Shown here: positions 57,622-64,000 of the stretch, piece by piece
Position numbering within the stretch: position 1 is the first letter of the stretch
How the letters are laid out: every line of letters starts with the position of its first letter
Assembly (NCBI GenBank): GCA_018819225.1
Contig: JAHJQN010000003.1
Span: 204,310 to 268,309, forward strand
Direction: 5' to 3'
Length of the DNA: 64,000 nt
Source: Candidatus Micrarchaeota archaeon
GTDB taxonomy: Archaea; Micrarchaeota; Micrarchaeia; Norongarragalinales; SBBD01
Made by a program: the position numbers and the translations under genes
Notes under the pieces: generated by a model
What the model was told of the DNA's origin: nothing
Database searches by the model: none
What the model saw: only the letters and a program-made list of their open reading frames with translations

Positions 57622-59337
57622 ATGGAACTCATCTTCGAAAAAAAAGGAACGCCCTCGGAATACGTGCCGCCATGCAACGAAACGCTTCCCGAACCATTCA
57701 CGCGCAACGATTTGCCGTTTCCCGAAACCAACGAAGTGCAAGTGGTCCGGCATTACGTTAAATTGTCGACATGGAACTTCGGAGTGGATTCCGGCATGTA
57801 CCCGCTGGGCTCGTGCACCATGAAATACAATCCCAAAATCAATGAAGAAGTGGCGCGGCTGCCGGGATTTGCGGGCGTGCACCCCCTCTCCGAGGAAACG
57901 CACGTTCAAGGCGCTCTTCAACTCATGTACGAGCTCGAGGAATACTTGAAGGAAATCACGGGCATGGCCGCCTACACCCTTCAACCGTGCGCGGGCGCTC
58001 ACGGAGAACTTACCGGCGTCATGATCGCAAAAGCATATTTCGTTCACCGGGACGAAAAACGCCACAAGATCCTGATACCAGATAGCGCTCACGGCACGAA
58101 CCCGGCCAGTGCATCCATTTGCGGATTCGAAGTCGTCAATATTCCCTCGAACGCGAAAGGAGGATTGGATATCGAAAAGCTGCGAGAGACTGTCGACGAA
58201 CAAACGGCCTTGTTAATGATCACGAACCCGTCCACGCTCGGACTCTTCGAGGAAAACATGGAGGAAATCGCGCGAATGGTTCACGCGAAAGGCGCGTTAT
58301 TGTATTGCGATGGCGCCAACCTCAATGCCATGATGGGAGTCTTACGCCCGGGCGACCAAGGAGTCGACATCATTCACCTGAACCTTCACAAAACGTTTTC
58401 CACGCCGCACGGAGGCGGCGGTCCGGGAGCCGGACCCGTTGGCGTCACGAAAGCCCTGGAACCGTTTCTCCCCATTCCCACCTTGCGCCGAAACGGAGAG
58501 CGATATGCGTTGGATTACGATCGGCCGAAAAGCATAGGCAAAGTGAGTACGTTCAACGGAAACTTCGGCGTACTCGTTCGCGCATACACCTACATTCGCG
58601 CCCACGGCCCCACATTGAAAAAGCTATCTGAAAACGCGGTATTGAACGCGAACTACTTGATGCACGCCCTCAAGAAGGAATTTCATTTACCATTCGATCA
58701 AGTTTGTGCGCATGAATTCGTATTATCATCCACGCATCAACAAAAACACGGCGTTCATACCATGGATATTGCCAAGCGACTTCTGGATCACGGCGTTCAT
58801 GCCCCCACCATCTACTTCCCACTCATCGTCAACGAAGCGTTGATGATCGAACCCACGGAAAGCGAGAGCAAGGAAAGCCTCGATCATTTCATTCATGCCA
58901 TGAACGAGATTGCCCGCGAAGCGCGTGAAAATCCCGACGTGCTGAAACGTGCTCCCGTTCATACCCCCGTCGGAAGACTGGATGGCGTGCTGGCCGCTCG
59001 AAAACCGAACGTGCGATGGACCCCTCCTACAACCCCTCCACTTCCCTCAGGAATTCAGACGGGTTCCAGCATACACAAAGCACAGAAACTCGTCAAGATA
59101 CGCCTTGAATACGAAAACAATTCGATTCGAAAGATAATGATTCGCGGGGATTTCTTCATGCATCCGGAAGATCAACTGGAAAACCTTGAAGCGTCATTGA
59201 ACGGAACCGCACTCGACGCGGAAGCATTGGAAGCCCGCATCCGATCATTCCTTGAAACCGTTCAAGTATTCGGATTCGACGAGAAAAGTCTAACCGTAGC
59301 CATCCTGAAAGCCGCGGGAAAAGGGGAAAGGGCATGA
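57622..59337 (+). CDS. gcvPB: glycine dehydrogenase subunit 2 fused to C-terminal LplB-like lipoate-ligase accessory domain
   Basis: [22 protein letters not shown]-Lys [14 protein letters not shown]. After AARKPNVRW, a Pro-rich linker and a ~94-aa domain with [18 protein letters not shown]. Confidence 0.92.
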   Translation: MELIFEKKGTPSEYVPPCNETLPEPFTRNDLPFPETNEVQVVRHYVKLSTWNFGVDSGMYPLGSCTMKYNPKINEEVARLPGFAGVHPLSEETHVQGALQLMYELEEYLKEITGMAAYTLQPCAGAHGELTGVMIAKAYFVHRDEKRHKILIPDSAHGTNPASASICGFEVVNIPSNAKGGLDIEKLRETVDEQTALLMITNPSTLGLFEENMEEIARMVHAKGALLYCDGANLNAMMGVLRPGDQGVDIIHLNLHKTFSTPHGGGGPGAGPVGVTKALEPFLPIPTLRRNGERYALDYDRPKSIGKVSTFNGNFGVLVRAYTYIRAHGPTLKKLSENAVLNANYLMHALKKEFHLPFDQVCAHEFVLSSTHQQKHGVHTMDIAKRLLDHGVHAPTIYFPLIVNEALMIEPTESESKESLDHFIHAMNEIAREARENPDVLKRAPVHTPVGRLDGVLAARKPNVRWTPPTTPPLPSGIQTGSSIHKAQKLVKIRLEYENNSIRKIMIRGDFFMHPEDQLENLEASLNGTALDAEALEARIRSFLETVQVFGFDEKSLTVAILKAAGKGERA

Positions 59338-60056
59338 ACATCCGTTATCTTAAAACGGGAGCGAATTCCGCCGCATTCAACATGGGCTTGGACGAAGTCA
59401 TGATGCGCCGCGTGACGGTCCACGAACCCGTCCTCCGATTTTACTCGTGGAGTCCGCCGGCAGTAAGCATCGGATACTTTCAAGGATTGGAGGAGGAAGT
59501 GGATCTCCAGGCATGCGAAAAAGCCGGCGTGGACGTGGTTCGACGCATTACGGGAGGCGGCGCCGTTTTCCACGATACGGAACTGACCTACTCCTACATT
59601 ACGCGAGAGTACCCGAAGGACATCCTCGAATCGTACCACTTGATTTGCGGGGGCATCATCAAAGGCCTTCAGCGCTTAGGCATCGAAGCCCAATACGCAC
59701 CCATTAACGACATCCTCGTAAACGGGAAAAAAGTATCCGGTAACGCGCAGACCCGAAAGCAAGGCGCGTTGCTTCAACACGGCACCATTCTCCTGAAAGT
59801 CGACGTGGAAAAAATGTTTTCCTTACTCCGAGTACCGTCCGAAAAAATCCGCGATAAAATGGTGCAAAGCGTTAAGGAACGAGTGGCCGGACTCGAAAAA
59901 AACTGGGAAGAGGTGGCACCCGCCCTCGAACAAGGCTTTTCCGAAGTGCTCGGGGGATCTCTGCAAACCAGCGAACTCACTGAAGAAGAACGCGAGGCCG
60001 CGCAACTTCTCGCGCGTAAAAAATATGCGAGCCACGAATGGAACTTTTTCCGATAA
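59334..60056 (+). CDS. lplA: lipoate-protein ligase A, catalytic domain only
   Basis: [25 protein letters not shown]...[14 protein letters not shown]; 240 aa with no C-terminal domain. Confidence 0.92.
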   Translation: MNIRYLKTGANSAAFNMGLDEVMMRRVTVHEPVLRFYSWSPPAVSIGYFQGLEEEVDLQACEKAGVDVVRRITGGGAVFHDTELTYSYITREYPKDILESYHLICGGIIKGLQRLGIEAQYAPINDILVNGKKVSGNAQTRKQGALLQHGTILLKVDVEKMFSLLRVPSEKIRDKMVQSVKERVAGLEKNWEEVAPALEQGFSEVLGGSLQTSELTEEEREAAQLLARKKYASHEWNFFR

Positions 60057-60105
60057 CGCGCAATGGCTCGTGCTTTTAAAAAAAACGGAAAAAGAAGGAA
60101 AAAAC

Positions 60106-60801
60106 TCAGAGGCTGAGCTTCTTCCGTCCTTCCTTGATCATGCTCTTAGCGTCATCCTGCCCTCCGAGACCAAACGAGATGCCGACGGCCAACGCCACTC
60201 CGTACACGATGCCTTGCAACAGCGTGACAAACGAGGCGGTGATGATATCGGTGTTGAAGCCGAGCGTGGCCAACGCCATCACGAGACCGAAGAACACGAC
60301 GAGTGCCTTGCTACCCGTTCCCACGAAGCGCACGAAATTGGATTTCGGGGCCGTGTCCAACACCTTCTCTTTCACGACTTCCCCCAATACGGCTGCAATA
60401 ACGAGCAACAACACGGCTCCCACGAACACGGGCGCGTATATCAGCACGAAATTCAAGAATGTGGAAATCGTGCCCAAATACAGGAGGGACACGCCGGCTT
60501 GCAGGAAGATCAGCAAAATGTAGTATTTAGCAATCTTCGTTAACACGGCACTGACTTTGATCTTACCTAAAGCATCTCCAGCCCCATGCTCTGCAAGAAA
60601 CTTTTCAAAACGCACGAAATCCAAGAAACGCTCTACGATATGCGCGATGATGCGCGCAATAATGTAGCCGATCACAAAAATGATGATCGCTGCAATCACG
60701 TTCGGAATGAGTTCCAACACGTTCGACATGATCGTCTGAACGCTGTTCTCAAAGGCGGTTTCCAACGCCAAAAATGATCGAGTGACAATATCTGCTGCCA
60801 T
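60106..60801 (-). CDS. membrane protein with conserved TM-helix repeats (CmpX/MscS-TM-like)
   Basis: IPNVIAAIIIFVIGYIIA repeated as APVFVGAVLLLVIA, ending in ISFGLGG. Confidence 0.8.
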   Translation of the reverse strand: MAADIVTRSFLALETAFENSVQTIMSNVLELIPNVIAAIIIFVIGYIIARIIAHIVERFLDFVRFEKFLAEHGAGDALGKIKVSAVLTKIAKYYILLIFLQAGVSLLYLGTISTFLNFVLIYAPVFVGAVLLLVIAAVLGEVVKEKVLDTAPKSNFVRFVGTGSKALVVFFGLVMALATLGFNTDIITASFVTLLQGIVYGVALAVGISFGLGGQDDAKSMIKEGRKKLSL

Positions 60802-60930
60802 ACCAACACCTCCAATATTGAACGGAATACAGAGACTACTTTTTCCAGGTATTTAAAGGTGACGCCACGGGCGGCTTTGCTAACAAAGTCGAGGTTTCGA
60901 GCTATAGATTGCGAGCAAGCTACGCACAAA

Positions 60931-61143
60931 ATGAGCAATCATGAGCGAGGTTATTCGACACGGATTCTTCAGGTTGAAGGAATTGGCGAGTCCACAATTA
61001 CCGAAGAGGTAAAAATCGGCTTCAATAAAGGTCAATTCTTGGTTCGAATACCGAAGGCTATTAGTAATAAGTTGGGGCTTACCACGGAGAATCGTATGAC
61101 ATTTGTCCTTCAAGATGGGAAGCTTACCCTGAAGGTGGTTTAA
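60931..61143 (+). CDS. AbrB/MazE-like DNA-binding protein
   Basis: VKI..NKGQFLVRIPKAISNKLGL.....MTF.L.DGKLTL; 70 aa. Confidence 0.75.
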   Translation: MSNHERGYSTRILQVEGIGESTITEEVKIGFNKGQFLVRIPKAISNKLGLTTENRMTFVLQDGKLTLKVV

Positions 61144-61422
61144 ATGCGCCCAAGAAAAATAATAACAAATTACGATAGGAAAGTATTGGCTGGTTTGATG
61201 GCGAGCAATAAATGCGTATCCGCCAATCAACTTTCAAAACGGATAAATGTGAGTTGGAATACCGCCGACGCTCACCTCAAGAAGCTAGTCATTCCGGGCG
61301 TCGTGAAAAAGGGTATTATTCATCGTCATCATTCCAAGCGCATTTTTTGGAGGATAAATCGGCGAATGATACCTTGGATTACGGACGGAAATGCGCCATT
61401 TCTCAAGATTTTGTGCGTCTGA
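61144..61422 (+). CDS. small winged-helix protein
   Basis: DRKVL..L, SANQLSKRINVSWNTADAHLKKL...GVV, terminal FW strand. Starts immediately after the AbrB-like stop. Confidence 0.75.
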   Translation: MRPRKIITNYDRKVLAGLMASNKCVSANQLSKRINVSWNTADAHLKKLVIPGVVKKGIIHRHHSKRIFWRINRRMIPWITDGNAPFLKILCV

Positions 61423-62116
61423 ATGAAACTGGAACTGGTGAACGGGACGGAACCGGCACTGGTTTCAAACCCTTCAATTTTTCAGCTAAAACCGCTGCTC
61501 GTTGTTTTGCCCATTCTTTTACTGTTTGAGGAACCGTAGGCGGGCGAAGATATTCACGCCACCACCACGCTACTGAAGTCTTGAGCTTACGTTGAGTTTG
61601 CCATTTGAGATATTCGCTACGCGTTTCCTTATGGAATATGATGTCGCCGTTTGGTGCGACATGAAAAATGGGGTGTGTCTTGGCGATAGTTGCCGGGTTC
61701 ATCCAACCTTCTTGGTAATTGCCTTCATAGGCGGTGTTGAGCACACCGCCCCGTTCCATTACACGAACCAATTGTTTATGCAACACTCGCAGAAAGACGC
61801 CGTCGACTTCACGAGAACCAATACCTCCCAATACCCCTATCGTCGGAAATACTAGAGGCATTTTTGGAAAGATGGGAATAAGTGAAACATTCCCCGCGGC
61901 AGCAATTTCTGCAGCTCTTTGTGCAGCTCTTTGTGCCCGAATCGTATGTCTTTCTTTAAGGTAGGAATCAATCGAAAGCAGGTCTAACTCCGGGGCAAAC
62001 ATCTCCTGAATTTTTTCAGCCAGAACGGGCATCCCTTCGCGTTTTATGTATCTTTGGATGGTAGGGTTCAAATGCTCGTAGGCAATCCGGACTTCATTCT
62101 TCCTGACTTTGGGCAT
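61403..62116 (-). CDS. hypothetical basic protein (orphan)
   Basis: 237-aa ORF with TTTATAAA box ~25 bp upstream. Confidence 0.6.
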   Translation of the reverse strand: MPKVRKNEVRIAYEHLNPTIQRYIKREGMPVLAEKIQEMFAPELDLLSIDSYLKERHTIRAQRAAQRAAEIAAAGNVSLIPIFPKMPLVFPTIGVLGGIGSREVDGVFLRVLHKQLVRVMERGGVLNTAYEGNYQEGWMNPATIAKTHPIFHVAPNGDIIFHKETRSEYLKWQTQRKLKTSVAWWWREYLRPPTVPQTVKEWAKQRAAVLAEKLKGLKPVPVPSRSPVPVSFRRTKS

Positions 62117-62233
62117 GAACAGTTTGAGTTGGCGTCTGTTTATAACCCTTGTTTGCGGGCTTTGGAAAAAAGCGAAAAGTTCGAATGTCCGCGCAATTAT
62201 GTTGATGGTTGGAGCCCGTTAAATTCCGCCACT

Positions 62234-62301
62234 TTTTGAGCAAACTTCCGAAATTATGAGCAAGTTTTGGACGTTATGAGCAAAAAAGACTTGGTTAGCA
62301 A
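62234..62301 (+). repeat. TT(A/T)TGAGCAA direct repeats at 20-bp period
   Basis: Copies at 62234, 62254 and 62274; partial TTAGCAA at 62295. Confidence 0.65.
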
Positions 62302-62325
62302 AACCGCCACGGGCTATTGAAGAGG

Positions 62326-63030
62326 TTACGCGCCGGAAAAAGGGATTAGTGAATAGGTAGCGCACCCTTCGGAAACCGATGTATTAATCAGATCGCATAA
62401 ATCGGTCGCAGCGGCTTCCACGCGATCTCGCGAAATACCTTCCCCCCCATCCACAAATAATACGAAAGAATTCGTACGGTTAGAAATTTTTGCGGGTTCA
62501 CAATCTCGATAATTCCACTTACGGCACAAAACGGTTTTATCATCAGCATAGACGACTTCGCCTCCATGAACGGTTTGGTGCTCTCCGCCTAACGCCGTAA
62601 AGGGTTCGCCCTCTTTCGCAAAACGAAGCCGGACATTCCCCGAAAGTCTCGACGCGTCCTGACCCCCGACGGGAATCAAATGGTTTAAAGAAACCGCGTT
62701 GTAGCAATCCACGACCGCATTAATTCGAGGCAGTGATTCGCCTCGTCGGACGCGTTTAGCCAGCGCTTCCGCCGATGGTTTTCGTTTCGTTGGATCCTCC
62801 CCGAAGCCACGGAACATTTTCCTCCACGAAGCAATATGAGGATGTTCCGCCAGGATCGGTATCTCGCGCGCGTTCGATTCCGCCCGAAACGCATACTCGG
62901 AATAGGCGGTTTCGTGAGAGAAGGCATTCAGGCGGCATTGACCTTGAACGAACGCCACATGCGCCTCTGGAAATCGCTGGCGGACATCAGATGCTACCGA
63001 AAACGAGACCATAAGCACTCGCCCGCTCAT
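62326..63030 (-). CDS. stand-alone B3/4 domain protein (PheRS beta editing-domain-like)
   Basis: WR..FR.FG.DP.K.KPSAEAL.KR, INAVVD.YN..S....P.GG.D, GEVVY.D, CRKWNYRD. Confidence 0.88.
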   Translation of the reverse strand: MSGRVLMVSFSVASDVRQRFPEAHVAFVQGQCRLNAFSHETAYSEYAFRAESNAREIPILAEHPHIASWRKMFRGFGEDPTKRKPSAEALAKRVRRGESLPRINAVVDCYNAVSLNHLIPVGGQDASRLSGNVRLRFAKEGEPFTALGGEHQTVHGGEVVYADDKTVLCRKWNYRDCEPAKISNRTNSFVLFVDGGEGISRDRVEAAATDLCDLINTSVSEGCATYSLIPFSGA

Positions 63031-63791
63031 TAAGCGCTTTCCACGCGGGGCGCCAAAAAGAACGTGAACTGCGCGTCCCCGATCTGGTAACTCATTTTCA
63101 CGGGATGATTGGATTTGAATTCAAGAACCAACGGTTCGAGATCCACGGCCGCCCGACACATTTTATCTAAATACTCGGAGGGATACATGGCTTTTTGCTC
63201 GCCGTCCGTCTTCACTTCCAACTCCTTCGTTTGCTTGCTCATCATCTCGATCTTCAAGTCCCCCGCATCTCCATGCGCTTCCACAATAAACGCATGTTCA
63301 GTCGTCTCCAACTGCAAGTGGGAAGAAACCAATGCGGCATCTTTCAGCATATCCTTGAATTGGCCGGCCCGCAATGTCACCGAAGCCGCAAACGGCACTT
63401 TCGGTTGACGCGGCATCGCCGTATCCCGTAAATCCAGCAACGGCAGCTTGAACGAACGCTTCGCATCCGATACGAAATCCAATTGCACCTTGTTGCGCTC
63501 CTCATCATTCAAGCGAAGCGTCAACTTTTCTTTCCCGCGAGAACGCGCAAGTACCTTGGAAAGATCCACGAGATTCAATGACAGCGTTCGCGCGCCGTCC
63601 ACCTCGAATTCCGAGAATGCGTGCGCCTTAGGCAGATGAAAATCCACGAGCGCAATTTGAGACGGGTCCAGCGAACGCAACCGCATGCCTTCACTACTGA
63701 CCTCGAAGCTTCCTTCGTCCACGATGTGAACGATGGCGTCAATGCACTGCTTGAAAAACTTGGCATCCTTGAACGTAAGCTGCATACTCAT
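63030..63791 (-). CDS. pcn: DNA polymerase sliding clamp PCNA
   Basis: FK..IDAI..IVDEG.F.....GM.LRSLDPSQIALVD, F.LPLLD, Y..EYL, FFLAPRVE. Confidence 0.95.
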   Translation of the reverse strand: MSMQLTFKDAKFFKQCIDAIVHIVDEGSFEVSSEGMRLRSLDPSQIALVDFHLPKAHAFSEFEVDGARTLSLNLVDLSKVLARSRGKEKLTLRLNDEERNKVQLDFVSDAKRSFKLPLLDLRDTAMPRQPKVPFAASVTLRAGQFKDMLKDAALVSSHLQLETTEHAFIVEAHGDAGDLKIEMMSKQTKELEVKTDGEQKAMYPSEYLDKMCRAAVDLEPLVLEFKSNHPVKMSYQIGDAQFTFFLAPRVESA

Positions 63792-63862
63792 TCACCCCCT
63801 CTGCTGGATAATAAAACAACCGCGCAAATTATTAAAAGGTTCTTTTGTTCGTCGTCAGACGA

Positions 63863-64000
63863 AAACGACCTTTTCTTCACCAAGAAAAGCTCGACCAAAA
63901 GAACCAACCAAACGACCTTTTCTTCACCAAGAAAAGCTCGACCAAAAGAACCAACCAAACGACCTTTTCTTCACCAAGAAAAGCTCGACCAAAAGAACCA
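63863..64000 (+). repeat. 47-bp perfect tandem repeat with internal hairpin (at least 3 copies, runs off the window)
   Basis: AAACGACCTTTTCTTCACCAAGAAAAGCTCGACCAAAAGAACCAACC starting at 63863, 63910 and 63957; CTTTTCTT/AAGAAAAG 8-bp stem. Confidence 0.92.

Noticed and set aside
63863-64000. CRISPR array
   Set aside because: The units are identical over the whole 47 bp with no unique spacers, and no cas operon is visible.
1-64000. Transposase, integrase, prophage or restriction-modification genes
   Set aside because: No ORF carries recognisable DDE, HUH, tyrosine/serine recombinase, capsid/terminase or DNA methyltransferase motifs.

Overview
Gene-dense chromosomal segment of an archaeon. Archaeal markers include TFB, TFE, PCNA, proteasome beta subunit, aCPSF1/FttA, eS8, Gar1, KEOPS Pcc1 and Cgi121, a class I CCA-adding enzyme, archaeal-type ThrRS and an S-layer protein. 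Very short intergenic spaces, an unlinked 5S rRNA and a T-loop intron in tRNA-iMet suggest a DPANN lineage such as Micrarchaeota or Iainarchaeota (inference, not tested). Most of the window is housekeeping. No transposase, integrase, prophage or true CRISPR array was found. Most notable observations: (1) a glycine-cleavage operon in which GcvPB is fused in frame to an LplB-like lipoate-ligase accessory domain, immediately upstream of a catalytic-domain-only LplA; (2) an initiator tRNA with a 17-nt intron in the T-loop; (3) a heat-shock locus (hsp20 divergent from a wHTH regulator-grpE-dnaK unit) whose shared promoter holds three AGYA-N3-TACT boxes exactly 21 bp apart; (4) a wHTH protein with a DnaJ-type Zn finger in its wing, next to a stand-alone Cas2/PaaX/ChrB-N-fold protein; (5) a redox cluster of MsrQ-like protein, lipoprotein cytochrome b5, MsrA and a proline dehydrogenase-like protein; (6) two micro-ORFs missing from the ORF track (a 49-aa SWIB-like protein and a 35-aa basic/hyper-acidic peptide); (7) a hairpin repeat family, tandem at the window end, with a related copy lying between the 5S rRNA 3' end and a 16-bp duplicate of that end. 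All product calls come from visual motif recognition, not database searches.
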